Source of the DNA: a bacterium
GTDB taxonomy: Bacteria > UBA8248
Assembly (NCBI GenBank): GCA_963692865.2
Contig: OY843592.1
Location: 2,752,001 to 2,816,000, forward strand
Length of the DNA stretch: 64,000 bases
Direction: 5' to 3'
Position 1 is the stretch's first letter; each line of letters begins with the position of its first letter. This document shows positions 56,768-64,000 of the stretch, piece by piece. The position numbers and the translations under genes were made by a program. The notes beneath the pieces were generated by a model that searched no databases, had not been told where the DNA came from, and saw nothing but the letters and a program-made list of their open reading frames with translations.

Positions 56768-57616
56768 TTGAGCGATGCGAAGCCCGACGTGAAACTGAAA
56801 AGACTCCAGGAAACCCTCGAAGAGATGGGGAGCGTTCTGGTCGCGTTCTCAGCGGGCGTGGACAGCACCTTTCTGGCCAAGGTCGCCCATGAAGTTCTCG
56901 GTGCGGGAGCGCTCGCCGTAACGGGCCGCTCCGTTACCCTCGCGGCGTCCGAACTCGAAGAATCCGGCATACTCGCGGCGCAAATCGGGATTCGCCACAT
57001 CATCGTGGACACCGACGAGATCGCGGATGAATCGTTCGGGAACAACCCGCCGAACCGCTGTTATTTCTGCAAGAACGAGCTTTATTCCGTCCTGAGCCGC
57101 GTGGCGGCCGAGGAGAAGACGGCCGTCATCGTCGACGGCTCGAACGCCGACGACGTGGGCGACCACCGCCCCGGAATGCAGGCGGCGCGCGAGCTGGGCG
57201 TGAGAAGCCCGCTCATGGAAGCGGGCATGACGAAAGCGGACATCCGAAGCCTCTCCCAATCGTTCGGCCTCCCCACCTGGGATAAGCCCGCGCAGGCGTG
57301 CCTCTCCAGCCGGTTCCCCTACGGAGACCGCATCACGCCCGAGAAGATCGCCCAGGTCGAAAAGGCGGAAAGCGGCCTGCGGGCGCTGGGCTTCCGGCAG
57401 TTGCGGGTGCGCCACCACGGCGACGTCGCCAGAATCGAGGTGCCGAAGAACGACATCGCGCGGCTGGTCGACCAGGAGACCTCCAGGCAGGTGATCGCCC
57501 GCATGAAAGAGGCCGGCTTCACCTACGTGACCATCGATCTCGAAGGATTCCGCTCGGGGAGCATGAACGAAGTGCTCAAGTCCGCGCGCGGCTCCGACCT
57601 GCTCATCCTCTCGTGA
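56768..57616 (+). CDS. larE: Nickel-pincer cofactor sulfur insertase LarE (CxxC-C, Fe-S type)
   Basis: PP-loop AFSAGVDS, NRCYFCK, DGSNADD..DHRPG, WDKPAQACLSSRFPYG, RVRHH, FRSGSMN. Confidence 0.94.
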   Translation: MSDAKPDVKLKRLQETLEEMGSVLVAFSAGVDSTFLAKVAHEVLGAGALAVTGRSVTLAASELEESGILAAQIGIRHIIVDTDEIADESFGNNPPNRCYFCKNELYSVLSRVAAEEKTAVIVDGSNADDVGDHRPGMQAARELGVRSPLMEAGMTKADIRSLSQSFGLPTWDKPAQACLSSRFPYGDRITPEKIAQVEKAESGLRALGFRQLRVRHHGDVARIEVPKNDIARLVDQETSRQVIARMKEAGFTYVTIDLEGFRSGSMNEVLKSARGSDLLILS

Positions 57617-58371
57617 ACCCGAACCTCATTCTCGAACTCCTCGAACAGGTGAAAGAGGGCCGCCTCGCGCCGGATGACGCCGCTGCGCGCCTTCGGGACC
57701 TGCCCTTCGAGGATCTGGGGCACACGCGGGTGGACCATCACCGCGCCCTCAGGAACGGCTTTCCCGAGGTCGTCTTCGGCGCGGGAAAAACCAGGGAGCA
57801 GGTCGTCGAAATCGCAAGGAGCCTGATGGCGAAAGACCAAACCGTCATGGTCACCCACGCGGGCGCCGAGCAGGCGGAAGCCCTGCTCGAACTCTCTCCC
57901 CGCGCGAACCACCACGAAACCGCGCGCATCGTCGAAATCCCGTGCCAGAACCCGCCCGCTCCGGTCGGCTCGGTCGCTATCGTTTGCGCCGGCACCTCCG
58001 ACATGCCCGTGGCCGAGGAGGCGGCGGTTACCGCGCGCATCCTCGGTTCGAATGTGACGCGCGTCTACGACGTGGGCGTGGCGGGCCTGCACCGCCTCCT
58101 GGCGGAAGTCGAGACCCTGCGCGAGGCGAACGCCGTCATCACGGTGGCGGGCATGGAGGGCGCCCTGCCCTCGGTGGTCGCCGGTCTGGTGGCGCGCCCC
58201 GTCATCGCGGTGCCCACGTCCGTGGGCTACGGCGCGAACCTGGGCGGACTCACGGCGCTTTTCGCCATGCTGAACTCGTGCGCCTCTGGCCTGAGCGTGG
58301 TGAACATCGACAACGGCTTCGGCGCGGCCTGCCAGGCGCACCTCATCAACAGGCAGACGGCCGCCTCGTGA
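57613..58371 (+). CDS. larB: Nickel-pincer cofactor carboxylase/hydrolase LarB
   Basis: DHHRALRNGFPEVVFG, AGTSDMPVAEEA, DVGVAGLHRL, AGMEGALPSVV, PTSVGYG, VNIDNGFGAA. GTG overlaps the larE stop. Confidence 0.95.
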   Translation: MNPNLILELLEQVKEGRLAPDDAAARLRDLPFEDLGHTRVDHHRALRNGFPEVVFGAGKTREQVVEIARSLMAKDQTVMVTHAGAEQAEALLELSPRANHHETARIVEIPCQNPPAPVGSVAIVCAGTSDMPVAEEAAVTARILGSNVTRVYDVGVAGLHRLLAEVETLREANAVITVAGMEGALPSVVAGLVARPVIAVPTSVGYGANLGGLTALFAMLNSCASGLSVVNIDNGFGAACQAHLINRQTAAS

Positions 58372-59603
58372 AGACGATCTACTTCGACTGCTTCGCGGGG
58401 GCGGCGGGCGACATGCTCGTGGGCGCCCTGATAGACGTAGGCCTCGACTTCAAGGCCCTTGAAGGCGAGCTCGCGAAACTCGAAGTCGGGGGCTACTTTC
58501 TTTCTTCCGATAGCGTTATTAAACAAGGAGTTACATCCCGAAAGTTCAGCGTGAACATTACGCAGAAAACCCGCCATCACCATCACGAAGGGCATCATCA
58601 CGGCGCGCACCATCATGGCCGCTCCTACACGCAGATCCGGGAAATACTCGAAAAAGCGCCGATTCCCGAGATTCCCAAAAGCCGCGCCATCCGAGCCTTT
58701 CACCGCCTGGGCGTCGTGGAGGCGGGCATCCACGGCGTCGATCTCGACGCGGTCCATTTCCACGAAGTCGGCGCGGTGGATTCCATCATCGACGTTACGG
58801 GCTATTTTCTGGGCCTCCACATGCTGGGCGTCGAGCGGGTGGCGGCTTCTCCGCTGCCGATGGGGAGCGGGTTCGCGCAGTGCGCGCACGGGCGGATGCC
58901 GGTTCCGGCGCCCGCGACCGCCAAGCTGCTCGAAGGCATACCCGTGGCGAAGAGCAACCTCGAGGGCGAGGCGCTGACGCCCACGGGGGCCCTGCTGCTC
59001 ACGGAGAGCGCGGCGTTTTTCGGCCCCATGCCCGAGATGACGATAACGCGGGTGGGCTACGGCGCGGGCGACAAGGACCAGCCGGACACCCCGAACGCCG
59101 TTCGCGCATTCCTGGGGGAGAGCGAAGCGGGCGCCGAGGGCGACGGGCCACCCAACGCGGTCGCCGTGCTCGAAGCCAACATCGACGACATGAACCCCGA
59201 GCTTTTTCCGCACGTCATCGAAGGGGCGCTCAAAGAAGGCGCGCTCGACGCGTTCTCCATGCCCGTGACGGGCAAGAAGGGAAGGCCCGGGCAACTGCTC
59301 ACGATTTTAAGCCCTCTCGCGAAACAGGACGCCCTCACACGCTTCATGTTCCGCGAAACCTCGACCCTGGGCGTCCGCCGCCGCACGACGCATCGCGCGG
59401 TCGCCGGGCGCGCGTGGGTGGAGGTCGACCTCCCCTGGGGCCGGGTGCGCGTAAAAAAAGGAACCTTCGAGGGTGCCCTCACGAATCTCGCACCCGAATA
59501 CGAGGATTGCAGGCGTCTGGCCGAGGAAAGCGGGGTTCCGCTCAAGGAGGTAATGGAGGCGGCCCTCGCGCGCGCGAGAGAGATGACGGGGAGCGGGTGT
59601 TGA
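58368..59603 (+). CDS. larC: Nickel insertase LarC (full-length, His-rich)
   Basis: YFDCFAGAAGDM, HHHHEGHHHGAHHHGR, VHFHEVGAVDSIID, AHGRMPVPAPAT, TPTG, EANIDD, ETSTLGVR, PEYEDC. GTG overlaps the larB stop. Confidence 0.95.
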   Translation: MKTIYFDCFAGAAGDMLVGALIDVGLDFKALEGELAKLEVGGYFLSSDSVIKQGVTSRKFSVNITQKTRHHHHEGHHHGAHHHGRSYTQIREILEKAPIPEIPKSRAIRAFHRLGVVEAGIHGVDLDAVHFHEVGAVDSIIDVTGYFLGLHMLGVERVAASPLPMGSGFAQCAHGRMPVPAPATAKLLEGIPVAKSNLEGEALTPTGALLLTESAAFFGPMPEMTITRVGYGAGDKDQPDTPNAVRAFLGESEAGAEGDGPPNAVAVLEANIDDMNPELFPHVIEGALKEGALDAFSMPVTGKKGRPGQLLTILSPLAKQDALTRFMFRETSTLGVRRRTTHRAVAGRAWVEVDLPWGRVRVKKGTFEGALTNLAPEYEDCRRLAEESGVPLKEVMEAALARAREMTGSGC

Positions 59604-59672
59604 AGGTCCGCATTCTCAGATGATGCGCCGGACGCGGCGCAAGCCCGGTAAGAAAGAGTCGAGAAATCATCC

Positions 59673-59915
59673 ATGAAGATCCGCCTGAAATTGTTCGCCG
59701 ATTTCGCCGATAAAATGCCGCCCGAGCAGGACGCGGAGGGCGTCGCCGAGATCACGCTGCCCGAGGGCGCGAGCGTGTACGACGTGCTCGACCGATTCGG
59801 GATTCCCTACGAGGAGGCCTACATCGTCCTGCTCGACGGGCGGCACGCGAAGAAATCGGTCGTGATACCGGCGGGTGCGGAGCTTTGCGTGTTCCCGCCC
59901 ATCGTGGGAGGGTGA
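59673..59915 (+). CDS. MoaD/ThiS-family ubiquitin-like sulfur carrier
   Basis: 80 aa, MKIRLKLFA...VFPPIVGG ending in Gly-Gly. Confidence 0.9.
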   Translation: MKIRLKLFADFADKMPPEQDAEGVAEITLPEGASVYDVLDRFGIPYEEAYIVLLDGRHAKKSVVIPAGAELCVFPPIVGG

Positions 59916-60036
59916 GGAGAGAGGCTGAACAGCATCCGAAGAGGAAAACAGGTCAAACACAGGGGCAAACACGCAGGTTCGCTCTACGTCATTTTTGCCT
60001 TCGATTCTGTTATTTCTTACTTTTCTTCTGCACGAC

Positions 60037-61428
60037 TCATCGTTTCCCGCCGAACGCGGCGTTCAGATCACGACGCTCAAGCACACCGCCCATGCCTTCG
60101 TGCCTAGGCCCGAAGAACGCGCCGGTGACCGAACCGGCGTCACCGCCGGTCTGAACAAAGGTATTGCCGCGCACTGCGACCGAATAGCCGAGGTCGCCAT
60201 CCCCCCACGTTCCGCCGCCGTCAATTTGCATATTGGTGAAATCGAGTCGTCCGTCGAAGTTCGCCAGATCGACCGTAAGATCAGAATCGCCGACGACCAC
60301 TCGCGCGGATGACGCGATTCCCAAGAGCGCTCCGCTCCATGTCACGCTCTTTGTCAACTCTTCATTGTCCGCCAGATTCGTCCACGGCGTTGGACCCGAC
60401 GCCCAAGGCTGCGCCAAGCCGTTTCTCACAGCGACGCCGAAGGAAACCTCGCCACCCTCAATGCCCAAATCCCCGCGAACGTGAAACGACGTGTCGGTCC
60501 ATGGCCCGAGATTCTCCACCGATATGTCTTTCGGCAGATCGCCGGGGGAAAATCGAGCATAGGCCGCAAGGAGAGCTTCGCCGTCGATTTTTCCCAAGGC
60601 GTATCCGGTAAAATTCCTGGGCGGGTGGGGTTTCAGGGTGGCATTCGGGAATCGTTCGGGATCAACATGGCCTGCAAATCCCACTGCATGAAGCAATTCG
60701 TGAACGATGGTGCGGATCATTCTCTCTTGCGGGTAAGATGCAAGCTGCTCGATGTCAATCAGCACATGCGCGCGTGAGGCCCTGGTCACCTCTCTCCTTC
60801 CCGTTCGTGGGTCCGTGCGGACAAAATACCTTTGACGCGCAAGTCCAATAAATGAGTCCTTCGCTTCATAAGGCCACTCCGCCTGTGGGATAAACTCGAT
60901 GACGACGCTCCCCTCCGGCACGTCGAGGGTTGTCTCAGGGTCGGGTGCCGGAAAAATGCTGAACGAAAGCCTTTTATCGTACGGCAACGCCGCATTGATG
61001 ATTTGAACGGCGTGAACCGCGTTATCCGTGAACCTCCCGCTCGTCCCTACGGCGACGCTGACGACTGGCGGCGTCTGAAATGTTCTGAGTCCTACGGCAT
61101 TGCCTTCAGTTGTTCTTGGATGTAGATAATCGATGACGTCCCGCGCCCCCGCGCCCTCTCGAACTCGACCGGATGAAACGGAAACTCCGTTGCGCGCACC
61201 CGTCTCCACGAGCCGGTCCCTGGGCGGCGCGACGTCGGGGCCGATATGCAAGGAACCATCAAAATCCACGATCGGCGCCTGCGGCGCGTGAGCAGGCGTT
61301 TGCAGCGGCAATTCAGGAAGAATGGCCGGGCGTCGCGGCATCCTCGAACCGCCACCGCCGCCTCCACCACAACCCAAAATAAGAATCGTCGCCAAGAAAA
61401 ACGCCAGCATGTTCCTGAACATTCTCAC
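60037..61428 (-). CDS. Lipoprotein with a zincin (matrixin-like) motif and C-terminal beta-barrel-like domain
   Basis: Lipobox-like LILGC followed by poly-Gly, HELLHAVGFAGH, and C-terminal VTGAFFGP...GGVL...AAFGGKR as in transferrin-binding-like barrels. Confidence 0.75.
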   Translation of the reverse strand: MRMFRNMLAFFLATILILGCGGGGGGGSRMPRRPAILPELPLQTPAHAPQAPIVDFDGSLHIGPDVAPPRDRLVETGARNGVSVSSGRVREGAGARDVIDYLHPRTTEGNAVGLRTFQTPPVVSVAVGTSGRFTDNAVHAVQIINAALPYDKRLSFSIFPAPDPETTLDVPEGSVVIEFIPQAEWPYEAKDSFIGLARQRYFVRTDPRTGRREVTRASRAHVLIDIEQLASYPQERMIRTIVHELLHAVGFAGHVDPERFPNATLKPHPPRNFTGYALGKIDGEALLAAYARFSPGDLPKDISVENLGPWTDTSFHVRGDLGIEGGEVSFGVAVRNGLAQPWASGPTPWTNLADNEELTKSVTWSGALLGIASSARVVVGDSDLTVDLANFDGRLDFTNMQIDGGGTWGDGDLGYSVAVRGNTFVQTGGDAGSVTGAFFGPRHEGMGGVLERRDLNAAFGGKR

Positions 61429-61540
61429 TTCCTCTCTATGATTGCGTATTTACGGTTGCGCCGAATTGGGACAGATTTTGTGCCTCTCTACAGAGAGCAC
61501 TCCCTAGACAGAATGAGCAGATTCCCTTGGCGCTTGATGA

Positions 61541-62302
61541 TTAAGGGTGATATCCGTTCTTCTTTAGCCATTGACGAGCAAGGTGTTTAGCTTCTTCGAT
61601 ATCGCTCTGGAACATTTCCTCCGTGAACACTCTTTTGCTTAAGTTCCTTTTCGCCAAGGTTCTACCGCGTCGATCAAGAACGATGCTCCTGTCTCCGATT
61701 ACCTTGGCGATGCTGTACCACATGTAGGCTTTGATCGGGTCTTTAGGGATGATATGCCCGTTATGATAAAGTGCTCCTATATTGTTTGCGGCCAATGACA
61801 CTCCTTGCTTCGCGGCCTTCTCGTACCACTTGATGGCCTTCTTCTCATCCCAAGAGACTCCGTGCCCGCTTCTGTACAACCAGCCGAGATAGAATTGAGC
61901 TAGCTTATAGCCAGAATCCGCCGCTTTCTTGAAGTGCTCTGCCGCCTGTTCATGATCTTCCTCGACCCCATATCCTCGGTAGAGCATATGTCCGAGCATC
62001 GTGAGGGCTTCAAGGTCTTTTCCCTTTGCCAGTTTGCGCAATCCGTCCTCTGATTTTTGGAACCACTTGTTTGCTTCTTCTTTATCCTTAAAGAACCCTC
62101 TTCCCGTTTGATACATGATGCCTATGGCGTACTGTGCGCGCGGGTCCCCGCTTTTCGCCAAGGGTAATATTTTCTCCCGCGCCAACTTATACTTTCCTTG
62201 TCGGTAGGCCTTTCGCGCCTCAAGATAATCAGCACTTGCAACTCGGTATGCACCTAAATTCAGAACGATGAAAAGGACAATCAGAATCGTTTTCTTGAAC
62301 AC
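61541..62302 (-). CDS. Secreted Sel1-repeat protein
   Basis: Signal peptide (GTG start, AGGAGG RBS) and repeats AQYAIGIMY..G.G, LGHMLY.G.GV, AQFYLGWLY..G.GV..D..KA..WY.KAA.QG. Confidence 0.92.
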   Translation of the reverse strand: MFKKTILIVLFIVLNLGAYRVASADYLEARKAYRQGKYKLAREKILPLAKSGDPRAQYAIGIMYQTGRGFFKDKEEANKWFQKSEDGLRKLAKGKDLEALTMLGHMLYRGYGVEEDHEQAAEHFKKAADSGYKLAQFYLGWLYRSGHGVSWDEKKAIKWYEKAAKQGVSLAANNIGALYHNGHIIPKDPIKAYMWYSIAKVIGDRSIVLDRRGRTLAKRNLSKRVFTEEMFQSDIEEAKHLARQWLKKNGYHP

Positions 62303-62324
62303 GAAATCTCCTCCTAAGATGTGA

Positions 62325-62471
62325 GTGTATCCGGCCAGCCCTTACGCCGGGCCGGTCTCCCAACAACTCACGGATTCAGGGTGGGTTCCCACCTATTCCG
62401 GCCTCGGGAGAGGCCGTGTTTTATTCAGCGGGCGACCCGGACACAAGGTCGCTCCGCAAGCTGCTGGGAGT
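62325..62471 (-). ncRNA. Candidate structured RNA (multi-branch, about 145 nt) upstream of the Sel1 gene
   Basis: An 18-bp closing helix (62453-62470 with 62357-62374) pairs fully only on the minus strand, using four G.U pairs. It encloses three hairpins and is followed by a fourth. The predicted +1 coincides with the helix start. Confidence 0.7.
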
Positions 62472-62477
62472 AAGAAA

Positions 62478-62506
62478 AGTGTATAGAAAGTGAAATTGTA
62501 GAGCAA
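62478..62506 (-). promoter_or_regulatory. Sigma70 promoter for the structured RNA / Sel1 transcript
   Basis: TTGCTC-17bp-TACACT, then 6 nt to A at 62471. Confidence 0.65.
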
Positions 62507-62514
62507 GCGATGTT

Positions 62515-63105
62515 TTATTGTGCAGAGAAAATACTAGGGTTGTCTTCTATAAACGGAGATAATGCGGCTAGAAGGCCTATGTTTTTCACTCTCTCCAAAA
62601 TGAATTTTGCGAGAGATTCATCTTTTGTTTTTATAGCCGCTTCATATGCTTTCATATAGTTTTCCATCGCTTTTTCTGATGGGCCTGTTTTAGCGTATAT
62701 TTCCGCCATGCAGTAATAAGGTTGAGGCATATCGGTTCCACCCATCTTTAGCACTGTCATGCAGTCCGCAACGGATTTCTCATAATTCCCCATATCCTTA
62801 TAGGCCATCGCCCTGTTGCTGAGGGCGGCAAGATCATCATTGCCTGATAAATCCCATGCCATATTCAGGTTCTCAATGGCTCTTTGGTAATCCCCTATAA
62901 TTCCATACGCTACCCCTCTATTGCGGTAGGCAATTTGCCGCTCCGATTCATTCTCGCTACTCTCAATAACATTCGTGAGATATCCAATAGCTTCTAAGTA
63001 GTCTTGGGAGTCAAGTGCTGCTTTAGCTTTTTGAAAATCACTGGTTTTTCCTGAGTCATTCATACAGGCCTCAACTTTGTCAATCAGGGGGAAATATATA
63101 CCCAC
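62515..63105 (-). CDS. Tetratricopeptide-repeat protein (start 63063, or continuation of the upstream ORF)
   Basis: AYRNRGVAYGIIGDYQRAIE, ALSNRAMAYKDMGNYEKS and PYYCMAEIYAKTG..EKA.E.Y TPR units. AT-rich. Confidence 0.85.
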   Translation of the reverse strand: MGIYFPLIDKVEACMNDSGKTSDFQKAKAALDSQDYLEAIGYLTNVIESSENESERQIAYRNRGVAYGIIGDYQRAIENLNMAWDLSGNDDLAALSNRAMAYKDMGNYEKSVADCMTVLKMGGTDMPQPYYCMAEIYAKTGPSEKAMENYMKAYEAAIKTKDESLAKFILERVKNIGLLAALSPFIEDNPSIFSAQ

Positions 63106-63493
63106 GTTCTCTTGCGGACTCAGTATCTCTTCTTAGCCGAGCAACTACTTCTTTAATTTGATCACGCATTTTTTCTGATTCTTGCAAATGTCCTTTGATC
63201 TCTTGCGCATTTTTTCGCGCATCTTCCATAATCCCCCGCATGCTTATGGAGTTTATCAGTCCTCCTATTGCGAACACGAAAACCGCGATCGTAAAAATAA
63301 AGCTCATAAATCTCAGTAGCATTGTAGAGGACGAGTCACGCAAAGACACGATCTTTTCTGTAATTTCAATGTTAGCTAGCCGCATTTCTTCTTTGGTGGG
63401 GGGAAGATTATCTTGAAGATATTCTGAGGCGTTTGCATAGAACACAAAGGAAAATGCGCAAAGCAGAACAAATACAAAGAGATAGCGCTTCAT
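63080..63493 (-). CDS. Signal-peptide + TM + coiled-coil protein; possible 5' half of a frameshifted TPR gene
   Basis: MKRYLFVFVLLCAFSFVFYANA signal, FMSFIFTIAVFVFAIGGLI TM, then a coiled coil. Overlaps the TPR ORF in the +1 frame. Confidence 0.6.
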   Translation of the reverse strand: MKRYLFVFVLLCAFSFVFYANASEYLQDNLPPTKEEMRLANIEITEKIVSLRDSSSTMLLRFMSFIFTIAVFVFAIGGLINSISMRGIMEDARKNAQEIKGHLQESEKMRDQIKEVVARLRRDTESARERGYIFPPD

Positions 63494-63843
63494 TGGCAGT
63501 ATCCAGATTATAGCAAAGTGAGGTAACACTATTGCACGGACTAGCGAGAGATACAAACACCATATCTCAGTGCCAGAAAGAGATTGAAAAGGTATTAAAC
63601 TTGGAAATTCCGAAGGCAAAAACAAAACCGCTATTCCGCATCCGGCAGCAATCCCTTGCTCCTGTTCAGGGTTGAATCATTGTGGCAAAGATTCCGGCCC
63701 TCCCTTTTCGCTTGAATGTCCTACAAAATAGCTCGGATCGTCGCTGTCGGCGGGCGTGGTCATAGAGAGATGCGAATTGTCTTTCGCGTCCTGCTCCTTC
63801 CCGGCCTTTGGATCCGTCTTGCCGTTCGGCTTATTACAGGTTA

Positions 63844-63857
63844 TATTACCGGTAATA
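63844..63857. promoter_or_regulatory. Perfect 14-bp palindrome, candidate TA operator
   Basis: TATTACCGGTAATA lies 15 bp upstream of ATG 63873. Confidence 0.55.
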
Positions 63858-63872
63858 ACGCGGAGGCCAGTC

Positions 63873-64000
63873 ATGAGCGATGTATCCCGGAGGCGCGCGA
63901 CAAAAAAATACCGGAGCCGTCTGGCCGAACGCGGCATGGCCCGCTTCGAGGTCCTCGGGCGCGACGCCGACAGAGATCTTGTCCGCTCGTTGGCCAGACG
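63873..64000 (+). CDS. Putative antitoxin-like protein (5' part, truncated by the window end)
   Basis: GGAGG RBS then MSDVSRRRATKKYRSRLAERGMARFEVLGRDADRDLVRSLAR, resembling small proteins I recall upstream of PIN toxins. The partner gene is not visible. Confidence 0.55.
   Translation, partial: MSDVSRRRATKKYRSRLAERGMARFEVLGRDADRDLVRSLAR

Noticed and set aside
62325-62471. c-di-AMP (ydaO) riboswitch or 6S RNA identity for the structured RNA
   Set aside because: CGCUGAA and CCUGAAUCCGUGAG resemble ydaO fragments, but the GGGGGA / GGGGUGAAU / CUAAC elements are missing. The multi-branch fold does not fit the 6S rod with a central bubble.
63677-63937. 86-aa minus-strand ORF
   Set aside because: No motifs, and it overlaps the better-supported plus-strand antitoxin-like ORF and its palindromic operator.

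Overview
This is a GC-rich bacterial chromosomal window with no rRNA, tRNA, CRISPR array, transposase or integrase that I can support. The housekeeping and metabolic backbone includes nfi (partial), rel, ddl, a b6-type Rieske/cytochrome b/subunit IV operon, apbC, etfBA, pgk, cbs-cgl reverse transsulfuration, msrP, a DEAD-box helicase, hup, hisC and larEBC, plus many dehydrogenases and transporters. The backbone is interrupted by accessory inserts, several of them visibly AT-richer: FitAB/VapBC and MNT-HEPN toxin-antitoxin pairs, a translationally coupled methyltransferase / MORC-ATPase-histidine-kinase / receiver-protein operon (18.3-23.1 kb), an ABC-ATPase + DUF4276 pair flanked by a 27-bp direct repeat, and a Sel1/TPR/lipoprotein region at the right end. 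Intergenic spaces hold composite REP-like palindromes between GGGYTGTTGAAAAA...TTTTTCAACARCCC inverted ends. The best leads are: (1) the MTase-MORC/HK-REC candidate defence and signalling operon with no recognisable restriction nuclease; (2) a promoter-driven, G.U-rich structured RNA in front of a Sel1 gene, resembling an IS110-type non-coding end without its transposase; (3) an unannotated deiodinase-like selenoprotein with an in-frame UGA and SECIS-like hairpin; (4) a split CFA-synthase with a GGR-type reductase between the halves; (5) larE-larB-larC followed by a ubiquitin-like sulfur carrier; (6) micro-proteins around the b6-type complex; and (7) an SprT-like protease ending in a clamp-binding-like motif. 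All family assignments come from motif recognition by eye; no database searches were run.
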